Shown here: piece by piece, positions 28,502 through 39,182 of the stretch
How the letters are laid out: each line of letters opens with the position of its first letter
Numbering within the stretch: position 1 is the first letter of the stretch
Made by a program: the position numbers and the translations under genes
Assembly (NCBI GenBank): GCA_963650425.1
Contig: CAVJKV010000006.1
Span: 8,583-72,582 of the forward strand
Origin: Oscillibacter sp.
GTDB taxonomy: Bacteria; Bacteroidota; Bacteroidia; Bacteroidales; UBA932
Direction of reading: 5' to 3'
DNA length: 64,000 bases
Notes under the pieces: generated by a model
The model's input: the letters and a program-made list of their open reading frames with translations, nothing else
Told to the model about the DNA's origin: nothing
The model's database searches: none

Positions 28502-29137
28502 TTAGCCTACTACCCAAACGAGTACGTGTCTGTCGAATGTGATGTACTCCAGTTCGAACTCTTCTTCGTACCCGTCCTTGTGAATGAACGTTGCATCCAG
28601 TTCGCCTTCTCCTCTCGGATGGAAGCGCTCCACTTCAATCTGCTCTGCAAAGTTTACATTATAGAGGGACAGCCTTTTGAAAATGGCCTCTTTTGCGCAC
28701 CAGTATATGGCGAGCTGCTCATTTCTCTTGTCGTCATCCAAATCATCGATTTCGTCTTCAGACAAGGCCTTTAGTTCCACTGCGGTGAAATCTCTGTCCA
28801 ATGATTCTATATCGATACCCACATCCTCAGTCTCGTGAAGGATAACAGCCACATATTTATCTGTGTGAGTGATACTTATATTGGTAACTCTGTTCTCGAG
28901 AAAAGGCTTGCCGTTGTCGTGGTGGCTGAGATAGACTTTCTCGTCGAACAATACATTGAGAAGTGCTCTCACTGCAAGTCTCTGCTTGCGCATTGATTCG
29001 CTTTTTATCCACGAAATCTCCTCCATCTCGTCGCTTGGAGTGGATGTCAATGCTTTCAGCTCTTCTTCAGTTTCAGTTATCTGCCAAACGGCGATTTCCG
29101 CTTTATTTTCAAGTGCTTTTTTAAGATATAGTGCCAT
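28502..29137 (-). CDS. 4'-phosphopantetheinyl transferase (Sfp/ACPS superfamily)
   Basis: NGKPFL, ISITHT, VGIDIE, WCAKEAIFK. Confidence 0.9.
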   Translation of the reverse strand: MALYLKKALENKAEIAVWQITETEEELKALTSTPSDEMEEISWIKSESMRKQRLAVRALLNVLFDEKVYLSHHDNGKPFLENRVTNISITHTDKYVAVILHETEDVGIDIESLDRDFTAVELKALSEDEIDDLDDDKRNEQLAIYWCAKEAIFKRLSLYNVNFAEQIEVERFHPRGEGELDATFIHKDGYEEEFELEYITFDRHVLVWVVG

Positions 29138-29149
29138 AATGTCTTTGCG

Positions 29150-29362
29150 TTAAGATTTCCACAGAGTCCTTGCAGTGCCTATATACGACAAACCCGTGCA
29201 CGGAGAATATCCGCACACAACATAATCATCTTCCTGACTGTCATCAGAAAAACTTGTAACTACAAGATAGGATTCGTTGGTAGAAAATTTCGACAGGGGG
29301 TCGTCAACCGGCGTTCCCGAAGTCAATGATTGTTCCTTATTTACAGAACTGGGAGGCTCCAT
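29150..29362 (-). CDS. Possible 70-aa small protein upstream of the PPTase gene
   Basis: ATG start about 30 nt after a TAACTTTG box (29400-29393), an AT-rich leader, and a stop 12 nt before the PPTase start. No family recognised. Confidence 0.45.
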   Translation of the reverse strand: MEPPSSVNKEQSLTSGTPVDDPLSKFSTNESYLVVTSFSDDSQEDDYVVCGYSPCTGLSYIGTARTLWKS

Positions 29363-29475
29363 ATAAAAACCTTAAACGTATTTGATTCTGCGCAAAGTTA
29401 ATGCAATTTTTTACGAAAACCAAAAAACCTATGGACGGAAAATACTACCTTTGTCCCAATTACATAATTTCAACA

Positions 29476-31161
29476 ATGAAACTACATTTTATTCTCGCAA
29501 CTGCTACGGCATTTGCATTATTGTCCTGCAGTCCAACTCAAGCAGAAAACCCATCAAATCCAGACGTGCCGGAGAATCCGGATCCTACACCGGAGCCAGA
29601 GCCGGAACCGGAACCGACTCCTGACGAACCCGTGCCGTCACTTCCCGAGGTTATAAAGATTCTTGCCATCGGCAACAGTTTCTCGGCGGATGCAGTGGAA
29701 CAGGAACTTTACGGTTTATTCGAAGCAGAAGGCCAGAAAGTCATCATAGGCGACTTGTACATAGGCGGTTGCCCACTTGAAAAGCACGCGGCCAATGCGC
29801 TTTCTGATGATCCTGTATACAGTTACAGGAAAATCGTAAACGGAACTCTCACGAAGACCGCTGATGTGAGAATGTCTACAGCCCTTACTGATGAGGACTG
29901 GACATTTGTCAGTGTGCAGGAAGGGGCCGGTTATCACGGATTCTATAATACGACGTATAATGGGATTACCCATTCGATGGAGCCGGATTTGACTACTCTT
30001 GTCAATAAAGTGCGTGAGAAATGCAAGGATGCCAAGCTTGTATATCATGCTCCTTGGGCGGCCAAGACCGGATATACGGGAGTTAAATTCAGTTATTACG
30101 GCTATGACCAGACTGTTATGTACAATATGATTTGTACTGCAACTAAGGAGGTTCTGGAAGCTCACCCAGAATTCAGTCTGTTTATGAACAGTATGGATGC
30201 CGTGCAGAATGCCAGGACGTCATATATAGGTGACAATATGAACCGTGACGGCTGGCACCTGAACTATACGACAGGACGATATACTGTCGGCTGCTTATGG
30301 TATGAAAAGATTATGGGAAAGAGCGTAGTCGGCAACAGTTACCATCCTGAGACCATATCGGATACGACCGCTAGAGTCTGCCAGACTGCGGCACATGAGG
30401 CTTGCGAGCATCCGTTCACAGTGACAGACCTTTCATACTTCGTGAAACCTGAGGGAGAAGACAAGGAGGAAGAAAGCGGCAAAGTTTTGGCACAGTGGTA
30501 CTTTACACCTGACAGAGCTAAGTCTGACGGTTGTATAATGACGTGGACTGGACAGGAAGAACCTGGAGTATATCGCTTCAGCAATGAGCCGGGAGAACGC
30601 GGTTATTACAATGCGAACGGACAGGGCAACGGCAAACTCAGTTATATCCAGATAGACAAGACCAGCTGGCCGGGAGATGCGGCAGGTCTGAGTATTCTCA
30701 AAGCATCCAACGGTGGTCAGCCGGTTATGAGCGGACCAATGCCCGGTGATATGTGGCAGTTTGAGACAACCGGCAATTATGATTTCCCGGAGGGTACCCA
30801 GTTGCGTATGCGCTATACATACAATCCTGGAAGCTATGGCGCAAAGTATTGGATGATAGAGTATAAGGATGGAAATGAGTTTAAGCCTGTTCCTGCGTTC
30901 GAGCAGAAGACAGAGACTCTGCCACTAAGCTTCGAGACCATAACGTATAATATCGCATTCACTACGGAACAGAAAGTTGTCGATTTCACCGTAACGCTTG
31001 AGAGCCCTACGTCTGAATTTGTGGTAAGACAGAGATGCTGTTCTGAATATCAGGTAAATGACAAATGGTTTGACAAGCCTAATGTGAAGTGTGTCTCCAG
31101 AATCGCAGGAGACCCTTCCAACGAGGCGAAGCCGCTCCCTACTATGTGGCAGTTGTTGTAA
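29476..31161 (+). CDS. DUF4886 / SGNH-like esterase-domain lipoprotein with an extra C-terminal domain
   Basis: Lipobox LLSC from the ATG at 29476 (box TACCTTTG at 29446), Pro/Glu linker, KILAIGNSFSADA, LYIGGCPLEKH, EDWTFVSVQ, RDGWHL. Confidence 0.8.
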   Translation: MKLHFILATATAFALLSCSPTQAENPSNPDVPENPDPTPEPEPEPEPTPDEPVPSLPEVIKILAIGNSFSADAVEQELYGLFEAEGQKVIIGDLYIGGCPLEKHAANALSDDPVYSYRKIVNGTLTKTADVRMSTALTDEDWTFVSVQEGAGYHGFYNTTYNGITHSMEPDLTTLVNKVREKCKDAKLVYHAPWAAKTGYTGVKFSYYGYDQTVMYNMICTATKEVLEAHPEFSLFMNSMDAVQNARTSYIGDNMNRDGWHLNYTTGRYTVGCLWYEKIMGKSVVGNSYHPETISDTTARVCQTAAHEACEHPFTVTDLSYFVKPEGEDKEEESGKVLAQWYFTPDRAKSDGCIMTWTGQEEPGVYRFSNEPGERGYYNANGQGNGKLSYIQIDKTSWPGDAAGLSILKASNGGQPVMSGPMPGDMWQFETTGNYDFPEGTQLRMRYTYNPGSYGAKYWMIEYKDGNEFKPVPAFEQKTETLPLSFETITYNIAFTTEQKVVDFTVTLESPTSEFVVRQRCCSEYQVNDKWFDKPNVKCVSRIAGDPSNEAKPLPTMWQLL

Positions 31162-31216
31162 CAGCGCCGATAACGTGGATGCTTTCGCTTTTGCGAAACT
31201 TAGTCTAAAATATACT

Positions 31217-31258
31217 AAAAGAGGATGGCTAAATACATTTAGTCATCCTCTTTTTTTT
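31217..31258. terminator. Bidirectional intrinsic terminator
   Basis: AAAAGAGGATGGCTAAA / TTTAGTCATCCTCTTTT stem with a T tract, between convergent genes. Confidence 0.85.
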
Positions 31259-31307
31259 GTATTGGCAACGCATCTCAAAAATGAGAGCGCGCCATTATTA
31301 TTCCAAA

Positions 31308-32561
31308 TTATTCCTCGATAGCAGCGATACCAGGAAGAACTTTGCCCTCGATAGCCTCGAGCATTGCACCGCCACCGGTAGAAACGTAGCTAACCTTGTC
31401 AGCGTAACCCATCTTGGTGACAGCTGCGACTGAATCGCCACCGCCTACAAGTGTGTATGCGCCGTTCTTTGTAGCTTCAGCGAGGTATTCTGCAATCTGG
31501 AGAGTACCTTTTGCGAATGTAGGCATCTCGAATACGCCGACAGGACCGTTCCAAAGAACTGTCTTTGAAGAAAGGATAATCTTCTTCCAGTTCTCGAGTG
31601 ATTCTGGAGCTGCATCCATTCCCTCCCATCCGTCAGGAATGTCGAAGATGTCCACTACCTTGTGCTCTGAATCGTTGCTGAACTCTTTTGCAGCGACTGT
31701 AGCAACTGACAATGAAAGATTTACGCCTTTCTCTTTAGCCTCTTTCATGACCTCGAGTGCCTCAGGGATGAGCTCATCCTCGTGAAGGGATGTTCCGATC
31801 TTTCCGCCCTGTGCCTTGATGAAGGTATAACCCATACCGCCACCGATGATGAGGTTGTCAACTTTGCCGAGAAGGTTCTTGATGACGCCGAGTTTTGAAG
31901 AAACTTTGGAACCGCCGATGATTGCTGTGAAAGGACGCTGTGCGTTCTTCAGGACATTGTCAATGGCCTTGATTTCTTTCTCCATAAGGAAGCCGAACAT
32001 CTTGTCCTCAGGGAAATATTTTGCGATAAGTGCTGTAGATGCGTGTGCGCGGTGAGCTGTACCGAAAGCGTCATTGATGTAGCAGTCAGCATAAGAAGCA
32101 AGATGCTTTACAAACTCTTTCTGGCTTTCCTTGACAGCTTTCTTTGCTGCAGCCTTCTCCTCGTCTGTAGCATCGTCCTTCAATCCTCTTGGCTTGCCCT
32201 CTTCCTCAGCATAGAAACGGAGGTTCTCGAGAAGAAGCACTTCGCCCGGTTTGAGCGCAGCAGCCTGAGCGTCAGCCTTCATACAGTCGTCAGCGAACTG
32301 AACAGGAACGCCGAGGCACTCTGAGACGTGGTCAACAATGTGCTTGAGGGAGAACTTTGCATCTACTCCCTTCGGACGTCCGAGGTGCGACATAATGATG
32401 AGTGAACCGCCTTTTGCGAGCACCTGCTTGAGTGTAGGAAGTGCAGCTCTGATACGGGTGTCATCTGTAATCTCAAACTTCTCGTTAAGAGGAACGTTGA
32501 AATCAACTCTCACGATGGCCTTTTTGCCTGTAAAATCGTAAGTATCAATGTGCTTTTGCAT
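31308..32561 (-). CDS. pgk: Phosphoglycerate kinase
   Basis: [53 protein letters not shown]. Start taken at ATG 32561; -7 box TACATTTG at 32652-32645. Confidence 0.97.
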   Translation of the reverse strand: MQKHIDTYDFTGKKAIVRVDFNVPLNEKFEITDDTRIRAALPTLKQVLAKGGSLIIMSHLGRPKGVDAKFSLKHIVDHVSECLGVPVQFADDCMKADAQAAALKPGEVLLLENLRFYAEEEGKPRGLKDDATDEEKAAAKKAVKESQKEFVKHLASYADCYINDAFGTAHRAHASTALIAKYFPEDKMFGFLMEKEIKAIDNVLKNAQRPFTAIIGGSKVSSKLGVIKNLLGKVDNLIIGGGMGYTFIKAQGGKIGTSLHEDELIPEALEVMKEAKEKGVNLSLSVATVAAKEFSNDSEHKVVDIFDIPDGWEGMDAAPESLENWKKIILSSKTVLWNGPVGVFEMPTFAKGTLQIAEYLAEATKNGAYTLVGGGDSVAAVTKMGYADKVSYVSTGGGAMLEAIEGKVLPGIAAIEE

Positions 32562-32672
32562 AGTAAAAAACAATATTGTTAATTATAACTTTGAATCTAT
32601 AATTTGTAGTCCTACAAAGTGTGGACCTAAGATTTATAATCTCGCAAATGTAATAATTTTCAGCGATAAATG

Positions 32673-33524
32673 TCACTTTTCTCCGGTGTACATCCTGCAG
32701 ATGCCCAGTGTGAATGCCTTGTGGCGGACATTGCGGTAGCCGCACGAACGCAGGATATGCTGAAATTCAGTCTTCCCAGGGAAATTGAGTACCGAAGCCG
32801 GAAGGTACCTGTAGGCTGCCTTGTCTCCAGAGACCTTGCCTCCGATAATCGGCAAGATATGAACGAAATACAGTTTGAAAAGCCAGCGCAGAACCGCATT
32901 GGACGGAACGGAAAGTTCCAAAATCACAAGTTCTCCGCCCGGGCGCAGTACCCTGAGCATTTCACGGAGACAAGCCTCCCTGTTCTCGAAATTTCTCACC
33001 CCGAAAGCTACAGTTATTCTGTCGAAACTTCCGTCATTGAAACGGAGCTTTTCGCAGTCACCCTGCTCGCAGGACACAATTTTTTCGAGTCCTTCCGCCT
33101 TCACTTTCTCAGACATTATCTTGAGCATTCCCTCAGAAAGGTCCACACCAGTGACGTGTCCGGGCCAATATCCGCCAGTGACGGCGACTTCATTTTCGCC
33201 GGTCTTTGTGCAGGTATCAGCATCGGCCTCAATGCTGTGCGCCCCGGCATTTCCCTGAATCCTTGTGGCCCTCCTCAACATTTCATGGGCGATTGCGATG
33301 GAAAAGTCACCGGTGCCGCAGGCAATGTCCAGAATGTGAAGCCCACCGTTTTCGCTGTCACCGCCTGCCGCCATTGTACGTTCAGTTGCATTGGGGCGGA
33401 ATATACATTTCAATGCCCTTTTGCGCCACGTCTTGTCGATGTCCAAAGACATTATATGGTTAAGCTTGTCATAGTCAGGGGCGATATTGTCGAACATCCC
33501 CTGTATGTTTTCCTTCTTTGGCAT
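32673..33524 (-). CDS. menG: UbiE/MenG-family demethylmenaquinone methyltransferase with internal insertions
   Basis: MFDNIAPDYDKLNHIMSL, LDIACGTGD, VDLSEGML, AFGVRNFE, RVLRPGG, AYRYLPASV. Confidence 0.85.
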   Translation of the reverse strand: MPKKENIQGMFDNIAPDYDKLNHIMSLDIDKTWRKRALKCIFRPNATERTMAAGGDSENGGLHILDIACGTGDFSIAIAHEMLRRATRIQGNAGAHSIEADADTCTKTGENEVAVTGGYWPGHVTGVDLSEGMLKIMSEKVKAEGLEKIVSCEQGDCEKLRFNDGSFDRITVAFGVRNFENREACLREMLRVLRPGGELVILELSVPSNAVLRWLFKLYFVHILPIIGGKVSGDKAAYRYLPASVLNFPGKTEFQHILRSCGYRNVRHKAFTLGICRMYTGEK

Positions 33525-33531
33525 AATGTTT

Positions 33532-34473
33532 CTACCTTTTCAATCTTACGAATATGCTGAGAGGTAATATCTTACCGGACCTGTCCTTTAATGCGAGCTC
33601 ACCTGATTCTAAATCGAACGAGGTTTCCGGAAGCCCTTTCAGACCCAATGCCTCCCGCACGACTGTTTCACCGAGAACCGGAGAGAAACCGTTGGAATAG
33701 AGATTCAGTACCATAAAACTGTCTTTTGGTGCAAGAATCGCATTGACCGTTTTCATCATCTCAAAGAGACATTCGTCAAGCTTCCATTTCTCGCCGTCAG
33801 TGCCGTGTCCGTATGCCGGCGGATCAAGGATAATTCCCTGATACACATTGCCGCGCTTCGCTTCCCTCTTGGCGAATTTCATTGCATCCTCAACCACCCA
33901 TCTGATGTCCTGAAGATGGCTGCTGTCCATATTTCCGTGTGCCCACGTCACGACCTGACGCACTGAATCCAGATGCGTCACATCAGCGCCGGCAGCTTTT
34001 GCCGCCAATGACGCGGCCCCTGTGTATGCGAAGAGATTCAGCACTTTAGGCCGTTTCTCCGCACCGTTTCCGGCAGCGTTCTTTACATGGGCGGATGTTT
34101 CGCGGTAGATATATTCCCAGTTAGGGGCCTGCTCGGGAAAAACGCCTACGTGCTTGAAAGCCGTGAGACCGAGACGCAGATTGAAATCCAGTCCCTTCTG
34201 TGCACCTTTATATCTTATATACCACTGGTCATCAGTGCGTTTGAGACGTTCCCACGTGCCGCTGTCTTCCTTTCCGGCTTTGGAAAATCCGGCCCCGGGA
34301 CGAAAACGCGTATGTGCTGTGTGAATCCACTCCTCTTCAGACAATGACTTGGACCACAATGCTTTGGGCTCAGGTCTTATCATATAGTAATTGCCGAAAC
34401 GCTCAAGTTTCTCGCCATCTCCGGAATCGACCAGCTCGTAGTCTTTCCAATATTCTCCAGGGAATTGAACCAT
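33532..34473 (-). CDS. SAM-dependent methyltransferase (RlmI/RlmK-like family)
   Basis: YELVDSGDGEKLERFG, FKHVGVFPEQ, LNLFAYTGAAS, ILDPPAYG. Start taken at ATG 34473, downstream of the -7 box at 34510-34503. Confidence 0.85.
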   Translation of the reverse strand: MVQFPGEYWKDYELVDSGDGEKLERFGNYYMIRPEPKALWSKSLSEEEWIHTAHTRFRPGAGFSKAGKEDSGTWERLKRTDDQWYIRYKGAQKGLDFNLRLGLTAFKHVGVFPEQAPNWEYIYRETSAHVKNAAGNGAEKRPKVLNLFAYTGAASLAAKAAGADVTHLDSVRQVVTWAHGNMDSSHLQDIRWVVEDAMKFAKREAKRGNVYQGIILDPPAYGHGTDGEKWKLDECLFEMMKTVNAILAPKDSFMVLNLYSNGFSPVLGETVVREALGLKGLPETSFDLESGELALKDRSGKILPLSIFVRLKR

Positions 34474-34502
34474 AATAAGAAGCTGTTTTTCTTTTCGGGA
34501 GG

Positions 34503-34539
34503 CAAAGTTACACATTTCGGTGCGCTTTCACTATCTTTG
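34503..34539. promoter_or_regulatory. Overlapping divergent promoters
   Basis: TAACTTTG on the minus strand (34510-34503) and TATCTTTG on the plus strand (34532-34539). Confidence 0.7.
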
Positions 34540-34546
34540 CGGAACG

Positions 34547-36664
34547 ATGATTTGCACTACAATACAAAATAAAAACATAGATGAGATTTTCGCGATTCTC
34601 GAAGGCGGGGACGTGGAAATGGCTGAAATCAGACTTGACAGATGCCCGTTGACTCCTGACGATATTGAGACGCTGTTTTCTTCGTCGGACGTCCCTTTGG
34701 TGGCGACCTGCCGCATCAGTGAAATGAAAGCGGCTATTGCCGGCGATATGGAGGGCAATGCTCAGGAAGCCAGGAAATTGGACACGAAAGCGGTTCAGGC
34801 TGCCGAATCCAGGCTCACCACGGCGATACACGCGGGTGCCGCCTTTGTCGATTTGGAGATAGAAGCGCCTCCGATGATGTCGAAAAGAATACGCCGCGAG
34901 GCCAATGAAAACGGCACCATACTCGTCAGATCATACCACGATTTTTCCGGCACAGATTCGTCGGAAGCGCTCAAGGCATTGACTGAGAAATGCTTCAGTA
35001 TAGGTGCGGACATTGCGAAAATCGTCACTACAGCCTCTTCCAAGCAGGATGCAGACCGAGTTCTTGCACTTTACAATTCATTCGACCCGGCCAAACTCAT
35101 TGCATTTGCGATGGGCGGGGATGGACGTGATTCCAGAATAGAATGCCTTGCCAAGGGCGCACCTTACACTTATGCGTCTCTGACTTCTGATGATGCTGCC
35201 GCGCCGGGACAGATTGATACCGCGCAGATTAGACGGCTCGTATATGGAGAACCGGCGAAGTTCAAGTCCGTATCGGATGACGATTACGCAGAAGTCGGTC
35301 TCCAGATGCCTGCATCCAAAAGCTTTGCACAACGCGCCATCATTGCAGCGGCACTTGCAGAGGGCACATCCGTACTCCGGGGCTATTCTCCTTGCGGAGA
35401 CAACGAATCTGCAATCTCGGTTGCACGCGCATTGGGCGCAGATGTCAGACTCGGCATACTGCATAAGGACGGGAAACCTGTAAAAGAGGCGTCCACATTG
35501 ACCATTCAGGGGATTGGCGCGACAAAAAATTCGCTGAATATCAGCCGCTTGCACGTGGGGGAATCCGGTCTGCTGACGAGACTTATGATTCCGCTGTCTG
35601 CAGCCATTTGCAACGGGCAGACTGAAATAACCGGCGAGGGCACATTGACAAAACGGCCGTTGAAAGGAGCTCGGGAAATAATGCACGCATTCGGAATTGA
35701 ACTGAAGCCTGCTGAGAAGGGCACCTCTGACAGTGAAGTGTTTGTTCCGCTCAAGGTGGAGGGAAATCTGACGGGCGGTAACGCCACTATCTCCGGAGCG
35801 GGTGGGTCACAAATAATTTCCGGCTTGCTGATGGCACTTTCTCTCGTTGAGGGAGAATCCACAGTTACGATAAAAGATCCTAAAAGCATTCCGTATATCT
35901 TCATAACTATGGACGTGATGAAGGCGTTCGGAGTGAAAGCCTGGTGCGATATGGAAGGCGGGCAGGATTTCGCCGAGAGCCAGGACTGGAACGACTGTAC
36001 GGAGATAGTCCTGCATATTAAAGGCGGACAGACTTATAAGGCGGCAGAGCTGGACATTGAAGGGGACTGGAGTTCGGCCGCGAATTTCCTTGTGGCGGGA
36101 GCGGTCTTCGGAAAAATGGACATATCCGGGCTTGACACCGGTTCGCTTCAGGCGGATTTGTCAGTAATGGACATTCTGATGGAGGCTGGCGCCAGTCTGT
36201 CACAGGACGGGGACAACGATCCGCACGGTGCGATACACGTGCAGCGCGCTCCGCTCAACGCTTTTGACATAGATGCGAGCAATTGTCCAGACCTGTTTCC
36301 GATAATCTCCGTTCTGGCGGCATTCTGTCAGGGCACTAGCCGGATTGCCGGTGTCGGAAGACTGGCGAACAAAGAGAGCGACAGGGGTAAAGCCATCCTG
36401 TCAATGCTCACACAGATGGGCGTGAGGTCAAAGATAGAGGGTGACAGATTGATAGTCGAAGGCCATTCGCTTGCCCAGAGATGCCTGACAGACAATCTGT
36501 TGAAAGGCGGTAGTTATTCATCGTATCACGATCACAGGATGCTGATGGCGTTGAGGGTAGCGGAATTGGGCGCAGACAGCCCTATCGAGATTGATGACAC
36601 GGCTTGTGTGGCAAAATCATTTCCCACTTTCGGGGACTTGTTCAGGAAAATTGTGAAAATATAA
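34547..36664 (+). CDS. aroA: Fusion of type I 3-dehydroquinate dehydratase (AroD) and EPSP synthase (AroA)
   Basis: N-terminal part has EIRLD, LVATCR, VDLEIE, RSYHDF, DIAKIV, FAMG, APGQ. C-terminal part (from about 35306) has PASKSFAQRA, GESGLLTR, SQIISGLLMA, EGDWSSAA, PDLFP, KESDR, DHRMLMA, VAKSFP. One continuous ORF. Confidence 0.9.
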   Translation: MICTTIQNKNIDEIFAILEGGDVEMAEIRLDRCPLTPDDIETLFSSSDVPLVATCRISEMKAAIAGDMEGNAQEARKLDTKAVQAAESRLTTAIHAGAAFVDLEIEAPPMMSKRIRREANENGTILVRSYHDFSGTDSSEALKALTEKCFSIGADIAKIVTTASSKQDADRVLALYNSFDPAKLIAFAMGGDGRDSRIECLAKGAPYTYASLTSDDAAAPGQIDTAQIRRLVYGEPAKFKSVSDDDYAEVGLQMPASKSFAQRAIIAAALAEGTSVLRGYSPCGDNESAISVARALGADVRLGILHKDGKPVKEASTLTIQGIGATKNSLNISRLHVGESGLLTRLMIPLSAAICNGQTEITGEGTLTKRPLKGAREIMHAFGIELKPAEKGTSDSEVFVPLKVEGNLTGGNATISGAGGSQIISGLLMALSLVEGESTVTIKDPKSIPYIFITMDVMKAFGVKAWCDMEGGQDFAESQDWNDCTEIVLHIKGGQTYKAAELDIEGDWSSAANFLVAGAVFGKMDISGLDTGSLQADLSVMDILMEAGASLSQDGDNDPHGAIHVQRAPLNAFDIDASNCPDLFPIISVLAAFCQGTSRIAGVGRLANKESDRGKAILSMLTQMGVRSKIEGDRLIVEGHSLAQRCLTDNLLKGGSYSSYHDHRMLMALRVAELGADSPIEIDDTACVAKSFPTFGDLFRKIVKI

Positions 36665-36670
36665 TATACA

Positions 36671-37663
36671 ATGGATTCATTTGGCAGAAAATTTAGAGTT
36701 TCCATATTCGGGGAGTCTCACGGTTCGGCAATAGGTGTTGTTCTGGACGGTGTGCAGCCGGGACTTCCGCTGTCGGCAGACGATTTTACCGATGACATAC
36801 TCAGGCGCAAAAGCGGTCCCAAGGGTACCACGCCGCGCATTGAATCAGATGAACCCGAGATACTCAGCGGAGTCTTCAACGGGCTCACCACCGGAGCTCC
36901 TCTTGCAATAATATTCCGTAACCGCAATACCAAACCGGGCGACTACAAATTGTTCAACGAGGTCCCACGCCCCGGCCACGCAGACTATACCGCAAGTGTC
37001 AAATGGCTGGATTTCAATGACCCGCGTGGTGGCGGACATTTTTCTGGAAGGCTCACCCTGCCGATAGTGGCGGCCGGAGTTGTAGCCAAGAAAATGTGCG
37101 CGTGCGAGATTCACGCAAGGCTCATCGAAGTGGGCGGAGTAAGCACGGAGGACAATTGGCAGAAGGCGCTTGACGAGGCTATCGCAGACAAGGATTCCAT
37201 CGGAGGAATTGTGGAATGCACAGTCACCGGAGCCCCTGCAGGATTGGGGGAGCCGTTCTTTGATTCGGTTGAATCTCTGATTTCCCACGCCATATTTTCC
37301 ATTCCCGGAGTCCGTGGCATAGAATTCGGAGACGGATTCGGCGCTTCGAGAATGAGAGGCTCCGAGCACAATGACCCGTTCGACAGCATAGACCTGCAGA
37401 ATTTCCGCACAAGTCATCCGTCAAAGAACGGAGCCGGTGGAGTCAACGGCGGTATTACCAACGGCAATCCGATTGTATTCCGTGTCGCGTTCAAACCGAC
37501 TTCAAGCATAGGCAAATCACAGCGCACATTCAATTTCGCGACTGGAGAGATGACGACGCTAGAGATTCCCGGACGTCACGACGCCTGCTTTGCATTGAGG
37601 ACTCCGCCGGTAGTGGAGGCGATGACAGCCATCGTACTCGCAGATCTGCTGAAACTTATGTAG
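36671..37663 (+). CDS. aroC: Chorismate synthase
   Basis: [41 protein letters not shown]. Confidence 0.96.
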   Translation: MDSFGRKFRVSIFGESHGSAIGVVLDGVQPGLPLSADDFTDDILRRKSGPKGTTPRIESDEPEILSGVFNGLTTGAPLAIIFRNRNTKPGDYKLFNEVPRPGHADYTASVKWLDFNDPRGGGHFSGRLTLPIVAAGVVAKKMCACEIHARLIEVGGVSTEDNWQKALDEAIADKDSIGGIVECTVTGAPAGLGEPFFDSVESLISHAIFSIPGVRGIEFGDGFGASRMRGSEHNDPFDSIDLQNFRTSHPSKNGAGGVNGGITNGNPIVFRVAFKPTSSIGKSQRTFNFATGEMTTLEIPGRHDACFALRTPPVVEAMTAIVLADLLKLM

Positions 37664-37721
37664 GGATAGAGGCCCACGTAGGGAACGAAGTGATAATTAC
37701 GATACAGTTACTTTAACTATA

Positions 37722-39167
37722 ATGGACATTAACGAAGAGAAAGAACTTCTGGACAATATCACGAAATCCGAATACAAGGAAGGATTCGTAACGGATGTCG
37801 AGCAGGAGTTCATCCCTAAAGGACTGAATGAAGACATAATAAGGCTGATTTCCGAAAGGAAGGGAGAGCCGCAGTGGCTGTTGGATTTCCGTCTGGACGC
37901 ATACCGCAAATGGCAGAAGATGGATATGCCCGAATGGGGCCATCTTGATATGCCGCATATTGATTATCAGGATATTATATATTACGCCGCGCCAAAGAAA
38001 GCATCTGGAGAACAGACTGAGATAGACCCGAAACTGGAGGAGACTTTTGACAAGCTGGGCATTCCGGTCAAGGAACGCAAGGCTCTGGCGGGAGGTACGG
38101 CCGTAGATGCGGTGTTTGATTCCGTGTCTGTCGCTACTACATTCCGTAAGGAACTGGCTGACAGAGGCATAATATTCTGCTCTTTCAGCGAAGCCGTCAA
38201 GAACCATCCGGATCTTGTACGCAAATATCTGGCTACAGTCGTGCCGTCGGGAGACAATTATTTCGCGGCATTGAATTCCGCCGTATTCAGCGACGGGTCA
38301 TTCTGTTATATTCCGAAAGGGGTGAAATGCCCGATGGAACTTTCCAGCTACTTCCGAATCAATGCCCGAGGTACAGGACAATTTGAAAGAACGCTCATCG
38401 TGGCGGATGAAGGCTCAACTCTCAGTTATATGGAGGGCTGCACGGCTCCTATGCGTGACGAGAACCAGCTACACGCAGCAGTTGTGGAAATCATTGCAAT
38501 GAAAGATGCTGACGTGAAATACAGTACGGTGCAGAACTGGTATCCGGGAGACGAGAACGGCAAGGGAGGAATCCTCAATCTTGTCACCAAAAGAGGAATC
38601 TGTATGGAGGGTGCCCATCTCTCCTGGACGCAGGTCGAGACCGGTTCCGCGATTACATGGAAATATCCTAGCACCATTCTCAAGGGCGATTGGTCGTCTT
38701 CAGAGTTTTATTCGGTGGCGGTGACCAACAACTACCAGCAGGCGGATACGGGCACCAAGATGATTCACGTGGGCAAGGGTACGAAAAGCCGTATTGTGAG
38801 CAAGGGTATCTCCGCCGGACATAGCCAGAACAGTTACCGTGGCCTCGTGAGAATGCTTCCGGGAGCCTCAGGCGCAAGGAATTTCTCCCAATGCGACAGT
38901 CTGCTCATCGGTTCCCTGTGTGGTGCGCATACGTTCCCTGATGTGAGGAGCGACAATGCTTCAGCAGTGGTGGAGCACGAGGCGACGACTTCCAAGATAA
39001 GCGAGGACCAGCTGTTCTATTGCAATCAGCGCGGAATCGGTCCGGAGGATGCCGTAGGGCTTATCGTGAACGGTTATGCGCGCGAGGTGTTGAGCAAACT
39101 TCCTATGGAGTTCGCCGTAGAGGCGCAGAAACTGCTGCAAGTATCTCTGGAAGGATCTGTGGGTTAG
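37722..39167 (+). CDS. sufB: Fe-S cluster assembly protein SufB
   Basis: [67 protein letters not shown]. Confidence 0.96.
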   Translation: MDINEEKELLDNITKSEYKEGFVTDVEQEFIPKGLNEDIIRLISERKGEPQWLLDFRLDAYRKWQKMDMPEWGHLDMPHIDYQDIIYYAAPKKASGEQTEIDPKLEETFDKLGIPVKERKALAGGTAVDAVFDSVSVATTFRKELADRGIIFCSFSEAVKNHPDLVRKYLATVVPSGDNYFAALNSAVFSDGSFCYIPKGVKCPMELSSYFRINARGTGQFERTLIVADEGSTLSYMEGCTAPMRDENQLHAAVVEIIAMKDADVKYSTVQNWYPGDENGKGGILNLVTKRGICMEGAHLSWTQVETGSAITWKYPSTILKGDWSSSEFYSVAVTNNYQQADTGTKMIHVGKGTKSRIVSKGISAGHSQNSYRGLVRMLPGASGARNFSQCDSLLIGSLCGAHTFPDVRSDNASAVVEHEATTSKISEDQLFYCNQRGIGPEDAVGLIVNGYAREVLSKLPMEFAVEAQKLLQVSLEGSVG

Positions 39168-39182
39168 CGGTAAGGTAATATT

